A stretch of 64,000 nucleotides of DNA from Thermoplasmatota archaeon (lineage in GTDB: Archaea > Thermoplasmatota > E2 > JACPAO01 > JAHFTW01): assembly GCA_041601615.1 (NCBI GenBank), contig JBFIHX010000005.1, forward strand, positions 96,001 to 160,000. Reading direction: 5' to 3'. Of this stretch, positions 49,116 through 59,939 are shown in pieces; within the stretch, counting starts at the first letter, position 1, and the number at the start of each line of letters is the position of its first letter. Position numbers and translations under genes: made by a program. The notes under the pieces were generated by a model, which made no database searches, was not told where the DNA came from, and saw only the letters and a program-made list of their open reading frames with translations.

Positions 49116-52100
49116 TTCAGCGGCAGCCAAGCATGCCAATCGGCGCGCGAGGAAGGCTACGAAGTGGTCCTTGTCAATTCCAACCCCGCGACCATTCAAA
49201 CGGACGTGGAAATGGCGGAATCGGTCTACGTCGAACCGCTCACCGCCGCGAGCCTCACGCAAATCATCGCCAAAGAGCGCCCCGACGGCGTGCTTGCCGG
49301 CATGGGCGGACAAACGGCCCTCAACCTCGTCTCGGAACTGGCCGAACTTGGCGTGATGGAGAAGTACGGCGTACGCTTGCTCGGAACGCCCCTTGGCGCC
49401 ATCGAAGACGCAGAGGACCGTGATCTTTTCAAGAAAGTCATGGAGCGCATCGGCGAGCCGGTGCCCAAGGCAACCGTGGCCAAGACCGTGGACGAATGCG
49501 TTCGCGTGGCGGAAGAAGAAATCGGCCGCTACCCAGTGCTCATCCGACCCGCCTACACCCTCGGCGGACTCGGCGGAGGCGTCGCCCACGACCGCGAAGA
49601 GCTGCGAGAAGTGGCCGCGAAGGGCCTTGCCTACAGCCGCATCCACCAAGTGCTCATCGAAGAGAGCCTGCTCGGATGGCGCGAATACGAATACGAAGTG
49701 ATGCGCGACGGAGTGGACAACTGCATCGTCGTGTGCAACATGGAAAACCTCGACCCAATGGGTGTGCACACCGGCGAATCCATCGTCGTCGCCCCCAGCC
49801 AAACCCTCTCGGATCGCGACCACCAAATGCTGCGCGCCGCGAGCCTCAAGTGCATCCGTGCCCTGAAAATCGAGGGCGGCTGCAACGTCCAATTCGCCTT
49901 CGACCACAACACCGGCCAATACCGCGTCATCGAAGTCAATCCGCGTGTGTCGCGCAGCTCCGCGCTTGCAACCAAAGCCACGGGCTACCCGATTGCCCGT
50001 GTTGCCACCAAGATTGCGCTCGGGATGACCCTCGACGAAATCCCCAACGCCATCACCGGCCAAACCGTGGCCGCTTTCGAGCCCAGCCTCGACTACGTCA
50101 TCACCAAAATCCCGCGCTGGCCCTTCGACAAATTCCGCACCGTTGATCCTCGACTCGGAACTCAGATGAAGAGCACCGGCGAGGTGATGAGCATCGGCCG
50201 CAACATCGAAGAGAGCCTCATGAAGGCAGTTCGCAGCCTCGAAGTGGACGCCGACAGCCTCGACGCACCCACCGCTTGGTCCGACAGCAAACTAACCGAG
50301 CTGCTCGAAGTAGCCACCCACCTGCGCCTGTGGGCCGTTGCGGAGGCCCTTCGCCGTGGCTGGAGCGTGGAGAAAGTCTACGCCCTCTCCGGGTACGGAC
50401 CGTTCTTCCTCCACAAAATCAAGAACGTGCTCGACGCCGAGGCCGCCTACAAAGCGGACCCCTCGGACGACAATCTACGCGCCGCCAAGCGCTTCGGCAT
50501 CCCCGACACGCTCCTTGGCCGCGCCACGGGCCGCACGGAAGAATCGATCCACAACCAGCGCCTCGCCGCCGGCATCGTGCCCGACTTCAAAATGGTCGAC
50601 ACCTGTGCGGCCGAATTCGAAGCCGTCACGCCCTACTACTACAGCAGCTACGATCCCATCGACGCCGGCGCGCACCTGCCTGCCGACCGCGACCCCGCCG
50701 ACCGCCGCAAACGCTGCCTCGTGCTTGGCTCCGGGCCCATTCGCATCGGCCAAGGCATCGAATTCGACTACTGCTGCGTACACGCCGCCTGGGCCCTGCG
50801 CGAAGAAGGCACCGCCGCCATCATCCTCAACAACAACCCCGAAACCGTCTCCACGGACTTCGACACCAGCGACCGGCTGTACTTCGACCCCTTGACCCTC
50901 GAAGACGTCATGAACGTCATCGAACGCGAACGCCCCGACGGAGTGCTCGTGCAATTTGGCGGCCAAACCGCCATCAACCTCGCACTGCCACTAGAAGCGG
51001 CGCTCGCCGCCCGCCCGGACCTCCCCACGAAGATCTGGGGAACGCCTCCCTCGGCCATCGACTTGGCCGAAGACCGCGACAAGTTCAACCAACTCATGAA
51101 CAAGCTCGGCGTCAAACAACCCGAAGCCGGCATCGCCCGCAGCGACGAAGAAGCCGTCGTCATCGCCAACCGCATCGGCTACCCCGCCCTCGTTCGCCCC
51201 AGCTACGTGCTCGGCGGTCGCGCCATGCAAGTCGTCCACAACGAAGCAGAACTCCGAGACTACGTGCGCGACGCCGTGCGCGTCAGCAAAAAACACCCAC
51301 TCCTCGTGGACCGTTTCTTGTCGCGTGCCATCGAAATCGACGTGGACGCAGTCTGCGACGGCACCGATGTGCTGGTGGGCGCCGTCATGGAACACGTCGA
51401 AGAAGCCGGAGTCCACTCAGGCGACTCCACGACGGTGATTCCGCCCCAAAACCTGCCCATCGACATCATCCAGCGCATCGAGCAACACACACGCGACATC
51501 GCGCTGGCACTCGGCACCCGAGGCCTCATCAACATCCAATTCGCAGTCAAGGACGGCGACATCTACATCATCGAAGCCAACCCCCGAAGCAGCCGCACCG
51601 TGCCCTACGTCGCCAAAGCCACCGGAATCCCGCTCGCCAAAATTGCTGCCAAAATCACCCTTGGCATGAGCCTCGCCGACCAAGGAGTCCCCACCCGGAC
51701 CCCGACGCAGAAACTCCGACACGTCGCCGTCAAAGCACCCGTGTTCCCCTTCCTGAAGCTGCCCGGCGTAGACGCAGTGCTCGGCCCCGAAATGAAGAGC
51801 ACCGGCGAAGTGATGGGCATCGCCATCGACTACCCAACCGCCTACGCCAAGGCGATGGAAGCCGCCGGCAACCCACTGCCCACCGAAGGCACCGTGTTCG
51901 TCTCCGTGACCAAGGAAGATCGCCCCCGCGTCCTCGGCATCGCCCGCCGCCTCGTCGCCGTCGGCTTCGACCTCGTGGCCACCGAAGGCACAGCCGCGGA
52001 CCTTCGCGAAGCCGGCCTGCGCGTCACCACGGTCCACAAGCTCCACGAACGAAAGAGCCCCGACGCCATCGACCTCATCAAGACCGGCGGCATCCAACTC

Positions 52101-52322
52101 ATCATCAACACCCCCAACGAACTCATGGAGAGCGCCCAGATGCGCGACGGCTACCAGATGCGCCGCGCCGCAGTCGAAGGACAAGTGCCGTTTTTGGCCA
52201 CCATCGAGGCCGCCGAGGCCGCCATGGAAGCGATCGTCGCAAAGAAGGCGCTGCACGGACGCTTCCCGGTCCAGAGCCTGCAAGAATACGCCCGCCGCTG
52301 GCAGCAGGTGCTCGATGCGTAA
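49035..52322 (+). CDS. carB: carbamoyl-phosphate synthase large subunit
   Basis: MPKRTD...[11 protein letters not shown], two ATP-grasp halves, MGS domain. Confidence 0.98.
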   Translation: MPKRTDVKKILIIGSGPIQIGQAAEFDFSGSQACQSAREEGYEVVLVNSNPATIQTDVEMAESVYVEPLTAASLTQIIAKERPDGVLAGMGGQTALNLVSELAELGVMEKYGVRLLGTPLGAIEDAEDRDLFKKVMERIGEPVPKATVAKTVDECVRVAEEEIGRYPVLIRPAYTLGGLGGGVAHDREELREVAAKGLAYSRIHQVLIEESLLGWREYEYEVMRDGVDNCIVVCNMENLDPMGVHTGESIVVAPSQTLSDRDHQMLRAASLKCIRALKIEGGCNVQFAFDHNTGQYRVIEVNPRVSRSSALATKATGYPIARVATKIALGMTLDEIPNAITGQTVAAFEPSLDYVITKIPRWPFDKFRTVDPRLGTQMKSTGEVMSIGRNIEESLMKAVRSLEVDADSLDAPTAWSDSKLTELLEVATHLRLWAVAEALRRGWSVEKVYALSGYGPFFLHKIKNVLDAEAAYKADPSDDNLRAAKRFGIPDTLLGRATGRTEESIHNQRLAAGIVPDFKMVDTCAAEFEAVTPYYYSSYDPIDAGAHLPADRDPADRRKRCLVLGSGPIRIGQGIEFDYCCVHAAWALREEGTAAIILNNNPETVSTDFDTSDRLYFDPLTLEDVMNVIERERPDGVLVQFGGQTAINLALPLEAALAARPDLPTKIWGTPPSAIDLAEDRDKFNQLMNKLGVKQPEAGIARSDEEAVVIANRIGYPALVRPSYVLGGRAMQVVHNEAELRDYVRDAVRVSKKHPLLVDRFLSRAIEIDVDAVCDGTDVLVGAVMEHVEEAGVHSGDSTTVIPPQNLPIDIIQRIEQHTRDIALALGTRGLINIQFAVKDGDIYIIEANPRSSRTVPYVAKATGIPLAKIAAKITLGMSLADQGVPTRTPTQKLRHVAVKAPVFPFLKLPGVDAVLGPEMKSTGEVMGIAIDYPTAYAKAMEAAGNPLPTEGTVFVSVTKEDRPRVLGIARRLVAVGFDLVATEGTAADLREAGLRVTTVHKLHERKSPDAIDLIKTGGIQLIINTPNELMESAQMRDGYQMRRAAVEGQVPFLATIEAAEAAMEAIVAKKALHGRFPVQSLQEYARRWQQVLDA

Positions 52323-52551
52323 GGACCTCGCAGCCATCGTCTGCTGCCCCGAGGACCGCGCCAAGCTCACCCTGGTCGCCACGAAACGGGACGAACACGA
52401 GGACGTACTGGAAGGCACACTCACCTGCACCCAGTGCGGCTTCGTCTACCCCATCGAGGCCGGCATCCCCAACCTCCTGCCGCCCGAGTACCACCTCGAC
52501 GCAGACGGCAAGCCGGCCCGCGCTGCACAGGCTCGACACGAAGAAGAGTAG
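52315..52551 (+). CDS. Trm112 family methyltransferase activator
   Basis: IVCCPED...[26 protein letters not shown]. Confidence 0.88.
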   Translation: MRKDLAAIVCCPEDRAKLTLVATKRDEHEDVLEGTLTCTQCGFVYPIEAGIPNLLPPEYHLDADGKPARAAQARHEEE

Positions 52552-52726
52552 GCCCCACAGGCCTGCCTGCCACTGTGCGCAAATAGGGCCCAAAATTGCG
52601 CTGTATAAGAGAGCCAACCGCCCTCCCAAACACGGGCAGCGGCTCCCAGAAACAGCAACAGCGGGGTCGCAACGCGCGCGCTACGAACCCTTTATCCAAA
52701 GCCGCGGCTTGACTTGGAAATACGGG

Positions 52727-53863
52727 ATGGTCATGGGCGAATCGGTCGCTTTGGGGAGCGGGAAGCAAGCCGGCAAAGAACCGGCAAAAACCTCGATTGA
52801 GGACGCAACGGGGGGAATCCTCCACAGCGACGACGGCCCCGCCCGCCGCGAGCACCACAAGGTCTTCGAGCCCGGCCAAGAGCCGCTTCTGGCACCCAAC
52901 AAGGACCGCTTCGTTCTGTTTCCCATTAAGCACAACCGCATCTGGGAGATGTACAAGCAACAGGAAGCATCCTTCTGGACCGCCGAAGAAATCGACCTTG
53001 ACCAGGACAAAAAGGACTGGGACGCGCTCGCCGACGGCGAACGCCACTTCATCAAACACGTCCTCGCATTCTTTGCGGCCTCGGACGGCATCGTGCTCGA
53101 AAATCTCGCCGTGAACTTCATTCGTGAAGTGCAAATCCCCGAAGCACGCTGCTTCTATGGCTTCCAGGCGATGATGGAAAACATCCACGCCGAAACCTAC
53201 AGCCTCCTCATTGACACCTACATCTCGGACCCCAAAGACCGAGACTTCCTGTTCCACGCCATCGACAACATCCCAGCCGTCAAGAAAAAGGCGGACTGGG
53301 CCATGCGCTGGCTCACCAAGAAACGCGGCGCCACCTTCCCCGAGCGTCTCGTCGCCTTCGCCGCCGTCGAAGGCATCTTCTTCAGCGGCAGCTTCTGCGC
53401 CATCTTCTGGCTCAAAAAGCGCGGCCTCATGCCCGGCCTCACGTTCAGCAACGAACTCATCAGCCGCGACGAAGGCCTCCACTGTGAATTCGCCGCCGAA
53501 CTACACGGCATGCTGCACAACCCTGCAGACCAACAAGCAATCACCTCCATGATTGCCGACGCCGTCGAAATCGAGAAGGAATTCATCACCGATGCGCTCC
53601 CCGTGGGCCTCATCGGCATGAACAACAAACTCATGGCCGACTACATCGAATACGTAGCCGACCGCCTCCTAGTCATGCTCGGTGTTCCCAAACTCTACGA
53701 CACCAAGAACCCCTTCCCCTGGATGGAAATGATCAGCTTGCAAGGGAAGACCAACTTCTTCGAAAAGCGCGTCGGCGATTACCAGAAAGCCGGCGTCATG
53801 AGCGGGATCAAAGGCGAAGACAACGTCAAACAGACGCGGTTCTCGCTCGATGAGGACTTCTAA
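52727..53863 (+). CDS. nrdB: ribonucleoside-diphosphate reductase class Ia beta subunit
   Basis: [33 protein letters not shown] (radical Tyr), [24 protein letters not shown]. Start is ATG 52727 or 52733. Confidence 0.96.
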   Translation: MVMGESVALGSGKQAGKEPAKTSIEDATGGILHSDDGPARREHHKVFEPGQEPLLAPNKDRFVLFPIKHNRIWEMYKQQEASFWTAEEIDLDQDKKDWDALADGERHFIKHVLAFFAASDGIVLENLAVNFIREVQIPEARCFYGFQAMMENIHAETYSLLIDTYISDPKDRDFLFHAIDNIPAVKKKADWAMRWLTKKRGATFPERLVAFAAVEGIFFSGSFCAIFWLKKRGLMPGLTFSNELISRDEGLHCEFAAELHGMLHNPADQQAITSMIADAVEIEKEFITDALPVGLIGMNNKLMADYIEYVADRLLVMLGVPKLYDTKNPFPWMEMISLQGKTNFFEKRVGDYQKAGVMSGIKGEDNVKQTRFSLDEDF

Positions 53864-53975
53864 GGGTTCGGTGGGAAGGGGCGGGATTGAGCTGGTTCGG
53901 CCTTGATTGGGATTGTGGCTTGGGCGTTGGTTGGTTGCGGCTAGGTGAGGGCTAGCTTTTGGCTGCGATCCGGGT

Positions 53976-54009
53976 GTTATGCGGAAAACTCGTGAATAAC
54001 GAGTTAGAC
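53976..54009 (+). other. candidate attI-like/primary recombination site at the head of the cassette array
   Basis: Core GTTAGAC at 54003-54009, inverted repeat AACTCGT-gaata-ACGAGTT across it, and an upstream GTTATGC repeat. Confidence 0.45.
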
Positions 54010-55038
54010 TGCTGGCTAGCCTTTGGCGCGACTGACTAGCCGCGAAATTTCGACAGCATAGAGGTTGAGCTTCTGGCGTTCGTGGGAGGCCAGGGTGCGA
54101 GAGTGGGCAGTGTGATTGCGAATGATTGCGAGTTCTCGCCATTTCATAGCAAGCGAGTCAACATCGCCAAAATGTGCTTGAAAAATCTTCTTATTGTCTT
54201 TTCGCACAATGATCTTGTCTAAGTCTGTGAATTCTGTATATTCCAGGTAATTGCCTCGGCTCCCGTTGCTTTGCCACTTGGCTTCGGCTCTTTCGCGCAC
54301 GTCCGCGGGGACTCTATGCTTCCACCAACCGGGGTCTGCCGATACCAGCATTTTAGCAACGAATTCTCGCATCATCCGTTCCAGATCACCGATAATCTCA
54401 GAATCCGCCCGCTCTGGCTCGGCGTTCAGTTTGGCTTCGACCCAATCGGCCGTAGCTGCTAATCTATGGAACGTCGTGGATGGGCGTGCGGCGCTGGCGG
54501 CTTCTGCCAATCGTCGTCGAAGGCTCGGGTAGGCGCGGGAACCCAAGTGGGGCTGACTCCGATTGGCAAGCTCTTGCGCTTCTTGCAAGAGGCCATCCCT
54601 CATCATTCGAGCGCGGTTGTCTTGCTCTGATTTGGCTTGCCTTTGAGCGTTTTGAACCAATGTTCGCACCACTCGTTTGCCGGTTGATTGACGAAATCCC
54701 AATGATTCAAACACAAACTCCCCCGCTCTTTGGAAAACCTGGTCTTCGAGTTGGTTCGGTGGCGTCACTCGAGCGTGGAGCCCCGTCTGATCATTCTCAA
54801 TGTTACGGGCGCGGGCTGCGAGGCGTCCCCATGCATCGGATAGTTGGCCGCGAGGATTGCCTTCGCTCATGTGCCCATCGGAGCTGCCAAAGGCAAAGAT
54901 ATTGAAAAGATTCGGGCAGGTGAGAGGAGGTACCCGTGGTAACGTTTGGCACGGAACACATGGCTCTGCAAGAGCAGTCTAACAAATCACTCAAGCCGAC
55001 TTCCCTCACTTTGTTCGGGAAGCGGCTTAGTTCAGTCG
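54004..55038 (+). mobile_element. integron gene cassette 1 (inverted HEPN gene)
   Basis: Starts at G/TTAGACTGCT, the exact 11-bp reverse complement of AGCAGTCTAAC (54973-54983) at its own attC. Confidence 0.85.
54016..54870 (-). CDS. Swt1-like HEPN domain protein
   Basis: LERMMREFV...WW...VP...YLEYTEFTDL..II...RNHTAH (R-x4-H HEPN motif); lower GC than flanks. Confidence 0.8.
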   Translation of the reverse strand: MSEGNPRGQLSDAWGRLAARARNIENDQTGLHARVTPPNQLEDQVFQRAGEFVFESLGFRQSTGKRVVRTLVQNAQRQAKSEQDNRARMMRDGLLQEAQELANRSQPHLGSRAYPSLRRRLAEAASAARPSTTFHRLAATADWVEAKLNAEPERADSEIIGDLERMMREFVAKMLVSADPGWWKHRVPADVRERAEAKWQSNGSRGNYLEYTEFTDLDKIIVRKDNKKIFQAHFGDVDSLAMKWRELAIIRNHTAHSRTLASHERQKLNLYAVEISRLVSRAKG

Positions 55039-55044
55039 TTCGGC
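54977..55044 (+). mobile_element. attC site 1
   Basis: R'' GTCTAAC, L'' CTCAAGCCG pairing with L' CGGCTTAG with one extrahelical base, inner TTCCC/GGGAA stem, R' GTTCGGC. Confidence 0.88.
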
Positions 55045-55960
55045 CGCCAATCAGGATCCTGTCTTTCGCTGTGAGTTTTCCATTCGTGCAAATGTATTAG
55101 GTGCGCTGGGGAAACCAGAGCCCAATTGGTTCGAGGTTGCCTGTCTAATACGTGGGGGGCCGAGGGGGCATGGTTCATACGTGAATCAAGCGGGAGGCGG
55201 GCTACTTTAGCCCTGCACTAGCCTTCGCCGTCTGTTGAAGAATGTTTTTTGGAATTCTGCATTTTTGCGCCACTAGCTGCCGCCTTGCCGCATCGTATAG
55301 GGCAATGTTTATGGAATCCCTCTTGGCATCGAAAGCTTTAGCCTTTCTGGAGCACTGAACACGCATGGGTGTCAGCCGCGCGTTTTGCTCATCATCATTG
55401 GTTGTCGTGCTGGCATTTGCCGGATGCTTGTATGCACCAGAGTCAGTGGAGATTGAGTCCAAGGTCCTCGGGATTGAACAAAAATCCAGCGATGCGGGGA
55501 CGCCCCAAGTCGCATTCAATATCACCATCCAAATCACCAATGTCGGAGACACGCGCTACGAACTGCAGATGCACGACTGGTTGTTCAAAACCGACGTCAA
55601 CCTTACAGCATTCGTTGGGGGTTTTAAGCGACTGGATCAATTTGATGGCCAAGAAAATCCCAGAGTAATTGGTCCCGGAGAGTCAGCCACCTTTGTCCTC
55701 TATGCATTTCAACTTCATTCCACCACGGGCAATCTAACAGAGTTCAGCTTCCAGGGAGGCCCCTTTCAGCCGGTGTAAGTCTGCAAGCGCGCCCCAGAAC
55801 ATTGGGGTGACGGTCGGGAGCGGTTCTCGGCTCCGAACCGAGTTCGTCGCGGCAGAGGGGGAAGTTTAGAGGATTCCGGAACAAGGAGAAATTTAGTGGC
55901 CGCCGAACAAGGCACTCAACCCGGCCGCTCACTTCGAGAGCGACGGGTCAGTTCGAGTCG
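55039..55960 (+). mobile_element. integron gene cassette 2 (lipoprotein gene)
   Basis: Starts at G/TTCGGC, complementary to R'' GCCGAAC of attC2. Confidence 0.82.
55365..55778 (+). CDS. putative lipoprotein, Ig-like beta-sandwich
   Basis: Lipobox FAGC; ITIQITNVG...IGPGESATFVLY. Confidence 0.7.
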   Translation: MGVSRAFCSSSLVVVLAFAGCLYAPESVEIESKVLGIEQKSSDAGTPQVAFNITIQITNVGDTRYELQMHDWLFKTDVNLTAFVGGFKRLDQFDGQENPRVIGPGESATFVLYAFQLHSTTGNLTEFSFQGGPFQPV

Positions 55961-55966
55961 TTTGAC
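55902..55966 (+). mobile_element. attC site 2
   Basis: R'' GCCGAAC, L'' CTCAACCCG / L' CGGGTCAG, inner CGCTC/GAGCG stem, R' GTTTGAC. Confidence 0.8.
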
Positions 55967-56028
55967 CACCCCCCCGACCATCATCTCCCTCCACACCTGA
56001 TTATGTATCTCCGCACCGAACCAATTCT

Positions 56029-56964
56029 GTGTGGCGGGCTCTCTTACTGGCGATTTTGCTTGTTGGCGGGGCCAGCGCGCATGTGCCGTCTTTTGCTGAT
56101 GGGGGCGGTTCGCCTGCCACTGCGTTTCATGTGGCTGATCCGGATCAATCGCGTGTATTCTATGGTCAACTGGCCGCCGGCGCGGCGCATTGGTTTCAAT
56201 TCGAGCGACAAGATGGGGATGCCATTGATGTGAGCGTGCACCTTCCTGCACGAGAGCCGGAGCGCCCGGCGTTATGGATTGTTGGTCCGGGAATGGAGGG
56301 GGAGGGGCCGCCACAAACGCCACCTGGTTTGGGTGGGCAGTTGGTGCCTCGTATGGATGACTTGGGCATTGAGCCGTTTACGCCGCTCGCTATGCGCGGC
56401 GTGGCGAACTGGAACGGTGTTGCTGGGGCCAACGGAACCTACTTTGTCGCCATCATTGCGGATGCGGATACGACGTACAGCGTGGCGATTGGTGCCGGGG
56501 AGTCGTTCACTGCTTTGGAGTGGCTTGCGATTCCTGTGCAGCGGCCAGCGATTATGGCTTGGGCGGGCATTCCTTGGCCGGTGGCGTTGTGGGGTGAAGT
56601 GCTCGCTGCAACGGCGGCGCTTGTGGTTGGGGTGCGCAAGAAATTGCCCTTGCAGCAAGTGATTGGGTTTGTTGCCGCTGCTGTGATTGCGGGGACTGCC
56701 TTTACGACTCTGGGCTTGGCGGTTCTGGCTGCGGTGCAGGGTGGCGTTTCGGCGGCTTTGATTGTGCCTTTGGTGTTTGCTGGCCTTGCTTTTGCCTTCG
56801 GATTTGGAGCGTATCGGGCTGTGCGCGCAGGAAGCGCTTGGGCAGGTCTTGCCTGGGCAGTGGCCGGGTTGGCGCTCTGGGCGGGCCTCATTGTGGGTCC
56901 GCTGGCGCTTGTGGTTTGGTCGTTTTGGCGGATGCGGTCCAACATATCGCTTCATGCGACCTAG
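56029..56964 (+). CDS. membrane protein with N-terminal extracellular domain
   Basis: Signal peptide (ASAH), EPFTP and GESFT motifs, five C-terminal TM helices. Confidence 0.7.
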   Translation: MWRALLLAILLVGGASAHVPSFADGGGSPATAFHVADPDQSRVFYGQLAAGAAHWFQFERQDGDAIDVSVHLPAREPERPALWIVGPGMEGEGPPQTPPGLGGQLVPRMDDLGIEPFTPLAMRGVANWNGVAGANGTYFVAIIADADTTYSVAIGAGESFTALEWLAIPVQRPAIMAWAGIPWPVALWGEVLAATAALVVGVRKKLPLQQVIGFVAAAVIAGTAFTTLGLAVLAAVQGGVSAALIVPLVFAGLAFAFGFGAYRAVRAGSAWAGLAWAVAGLALWAGLIVGPLALVVWSFWRMRSNISLHAT

Positions 56965-56990
56965 CTTCGCTTGGTGGTTCACCTCAGCGG

Positions 56991-57890
56991 TTACGCCGCA
57001 CTCGCCACGGCCGTTCCGGGTGTCCCTCGTCGCGCCCAAATCATCGCCAACAAGCCTCCCGTGGCAAACATCACGAGCGAGTAGAAGGCGGGGGACAAGG
57101 CGGCGCTTGCGGAGTCCAGTTGCGTGGTGGCAAGGAGGATGCCGAAGGTGCCGTTTTGGAATCCGACTTCGATGACGATGGTGCGTCGTTGGGGGCCGTC
57201 GGTGAGTCGTCCAAGCAGCCACCCGGCGCTCATGGCGAGTACGTTGAGGGCGAGGGCGGCGGGTACGGTGATGGCGGCTTTGTCCCAGAATCCGACGCGG
57301 TTTTCGTAGATGGCACCGGCGACGACGATGGCGAGCACGGCGATGCCGGCGACGCGGAAGGGTAGGTCAGCGGCTGCCGCAAATTGGGGTCTCCAGCGCG
57401 CAACGAGGATGCCGGAGACGACGGGGATGGTGATGACCACGAGCACGAGGCCTGCCACGTTGAGGAAGGGGACCGTAGTTTGGATGCCGTCGCCGTACAA
57501 TAGCGCGGAGGCGCCCCACATGACGAGCGGGGTCATGATGAGGGCGGTTAGGCTGGTGAGGGCGGTCAGTACGATGGAGAGCGCAGTGTCGCCTCGGCAC
57601 AGGTGGGTTAGGACGTTGCTTGTGGCCCCACCGGGAAGTGCGCCTAACAGCAGGAATCCGAGTGCGATGTCGCGTTCCATGCCGGTGGGGTGGAACAGGA
57701 CGACGACCAGCACTGCCATCACTGGGAGCGCGAGCAATTGCCCAATGAGTCCCAAGATGAGGCCTCGTGGGCGAGCAGCCGCGACGCGGAATTGGCGCGC
57801 GGGGGTTGCCAGTCCCATGCCGAACATCAGCACGGCGAGCACAGCAGGCAGTACGACATCCGTTACGACGCTGGTTTCCAGTTCGGCCAC
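56991..57890 (-). CDS. bile acid:sodium symporter (BASS) family transporter
   Basis: MFGMG, PGGATSNV, GDTALS, IEVGFQN. Confidence 0.92.
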   Translation of the reverse strand: MAELETSVVTDVVLPAVLAVLMFGMGLATPARQFRVAAARPRGLILGLIGQLLALPVMAVLVVVLFHPTGMERDIALGFLLLGALPGGATSNVLTHLCRGDTALSIVLTALTSLTALIMTPLVMWGASALLYGDGIQTTVPFLNVAGLVLVVITIPVVSGILVARWRPQFAAAADLPFRVAGIAVLAIVVAGAIYENRVGFWDKAAITVPAALALNVLAMSAGWLLGRLTDGPQRRTIVIEVGFQNGTFGILLATTQLDSASAALSPAFYSLVMFATGGLLAMIWARRGTPGTAVASAA

Positions 57891-57998
57891 GACGAGGGGA
57901 GCGGGGGCCGCATACTAAAGGGGCTGTGGGGCCGTTGTTTTGCGGTGTCTCTTGGGGGACGCGAACCTTGAAACCTCGATGGGTTCTTTGTGCCGGTC

Positions 57999-58874
57999 AT
58001 GGTGCAAGCGGTTCGCATCACGCCGGCCTTGGCTGCATTGATGATTTTGGGTACCTTGGCGCCCGCTTCGGTTGCCGCTTCGGCGGCTCGCAGCGAGATG
58101 GAAATCGTTGATTTATATCTGGAGCAATTCGATACGTGGCGGGGCGCCGACGAGTATTGGACGACTTTGGTCCTTGATCGCTGCCTCCGGACGGGTGGAA
58201 ATGAGGAATTGGCTAAGCTTCCGCCTGCTGCAAGCGTGGATGCCACGAACGATTTGATGTTCCAGCATGCGCGGTGGCACGGCGAGCATGGACGGTTGTT
58301 GGAGCCGATTTTTACGTGGTCGGATTCCGATTTATACGGCATTGAGTTCCTTGAGTATCACCGTGATTTGGTGGCCACGTTCCAAGATTGGCGCGTTGCA
58401 CACGGATTCGAGGAACTCGTTGCGTGGGATCCGATGACGCCCATTCCAGAGGCATTTGCGTACCCTGTGGATGTGCCTTGTCGCGCCCGAGAGTCCGAGA
58501 ACCCGGGCGTACCGCTTCCCTCATTTCTGACTGTGTCGGGGGGCAACGAAACGTCTCCATTCTGGGGTTACACGGCGCTTTGCCAAATTCCTGACGCCAA
58601 TCGATTGGGCAAAACCATCGAGGGCAGTTGGTACCATGCGGATGTCCATTTGGCCATCGGCGGCGACATGGCGGATGCCGGCTTGACGCTGAGGGACCCC
58701 ATTTTCTGGCCGTGGCACGTTCATGTTCAGGATATCTATGAGTCGTGGCTGGCTTGCGCTTCGTTGCCATTGGACGAAGCGGATCATCCAGAGGCGAAGG
58801 AGGCCCCTGGGCCCATGCTGCCGGTTCTTTTCCTGGTGCTCGTGTGGGTGGCGAGGCGCAGCAACCAGGCCTAG
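57999..58874 (+). CDS. secreted tyrosinase-like type-3 copper protein with C-terminal membrane anchor
   Basis: HARWH and FLEYHR (CuA), HADVH...GGDM...DPIFWPWH (CuB); C-terminal KEAPG-TM-RR. Confidence 0.8.
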   Translation: MVQAVRITPALAALMILGTLAPASVAASAARSEMEIVDLYLEQFDTWRGADEYWTTLVLDRCLRTGGNEELAKLPPAASVDATNDLMFQHARWHGEHGRLLEPIFTWSDSDLYGIEFLEYHRDLVATFQDWRVAHGFEELVAWDPMTPIPEAFAYPVDVPCRARESENPGVPLPSFLTVSGGNETSPFWGYTALCQIPDANRLGKTIEGSWYHADVHLAIGGDMADAGLTLRDPIFWPWHVHVQDIYESWLACASLPLDEADHPEAKEAPGPMLPVLFLVLVWVARRSNQA

Positions 58875-58978
58875 GGACATGAAGAAGCGGCGTGGGAACG
58901 GTTCGAGTCCGCCGAGCGGTGGCGGGACTGGGGTGTGGGTCTCCAAATGATTATTCAGTACATGTGGCCGTTCCTGGC

Positions 58979-59618
58979 ATGGCGGACTGGAGTCGGGGCC
59001 TAGGTCTCATCGCGGTTGCGCTTCTTGCCGGATTGATTGTTTTGATAGGCTTCGTGGGTGCTCCGGACCAAGGCGACGCGGGGGGCTATCAAGCGGCATT
59101 GCAGGAAAAAATCGGGGCTCCTTGGTGGCGCGGGGGTTCTTCTTGCGGCTGCGGGTGTGTCGTTGTTTCTGTTTCTACACGGCGTGTCTAGGCGTCATCG
59201 GCGGGGTGCTTGGACGGTGCCGCTTGGTGCGATTTGGGCCGGGTCATGGATCATTGGTGGAATGTCGCTCTATGCAGCCACGGAGTTGGCGGGCTATCAT
59301 GATCATGCAGCGGGAGCAAAGACGCTCGGGGGGCTGGGGTATCTGCTCGTTGTGAATCCTGTGGGGGCCATGCTTGGCGGCGTCTTCGCGCTCGGTTTTG
59401 GGGTGGCCGCTCGAGACGCGCCGCGCTGGTTGGCTAGCGTGTCCCTCGGACTTGGCGGTTTGTCTGTTGCAACGGCGTTGCTGGGAAGTGTTGGTGGGGT
59501 GGGGCTGTTGGGTCTTGGTCCAGTGGTCTTGTGGTTTCTTGCCTTGTCCTTCTGGTCTGCTGGGCGCACTTCGGGTGTGGTGTTGACTTTGCAGGTGCCC
59601 GCGGAGGATGCCGTCTAG
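58979..59618 (+). pseudogene. membrane protein interrupted by a one-base frameshift at the A6 run (59106-59111)
   Basis: MADWSRGLG...QEK in one frame continues as SGLLGGAGV... in the next frame if one A is removed. Confidence 0.6.
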
Positions 59619-59796
59619 GAATTTTTGCCAGTTGGCACCTCGCGCTTTGGTCTCGGGACCTGTGATTCGAAGGGAGGGGGTGCGCACGCAGGGAGGCAGC
59701 CTCCGTCGGGGTGCGGGGCGCACGGGATGGTCGGCCGAGGCGGAGTTTGGGTGGCTTGGATTTGGAGCTGGGAGGAAGGGGGAGGGTCGCGGGGCG

Positions 59797-59835
59797 TTAG
59801 CAGCATCCGGGTGGGCAGTTGCAGTTGGGGTCCAT
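59797..59835 (-). CDS. 12-aa Cys-rich metallothionein-like micropeptide MDPNCNCPPGCC
   Basis: Minus strand reads GGAGGTGA-attc-ATG GAC CCC AAC TGC AAC TGC CCA CCC GGA TGC TGC TAA; divergent from arsR. Confidence 0.65.
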   Translation of the reverse strand: MDPNCNCPPGCC

Positions 59836-59845
59836 GAATTCACCT

Positions 59846-59906
59846 CCATGTCGATGTACATCAACATGGTAGACAAACTCTTTGGTGTCGACATACATCG
59901 ACATGG
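59846..59906. promoter_or_regulatory. two palindromic ArsR/SmtB-type operator candidates
   Basis: CCATGTCGATGT|ACATCAACATGG (59846-59869) and TGGTGTCGACAT|ACATCGACATGG (59883-59906). Confidence 0.7.
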
Positions 59907-59939
59907 GGCTTCATATCGAAGGACGGCATAACTGGAATC

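Noticed and set aside
50276-52726. Apparent 1195-aa NrdB fusion
   Set aside because: The N-terminal 817 codons are an Arg/Pro-rich off-frame read of carB/trm112; nrdB starts at 52727 or 52733 after its own TATA-like tttatc.
55967-56990. Third integron cassette
   Set aside because: No GTCAAAC inverse core or attC-like hairpin after the 56029-56964 gene, and composition returns to host-like.
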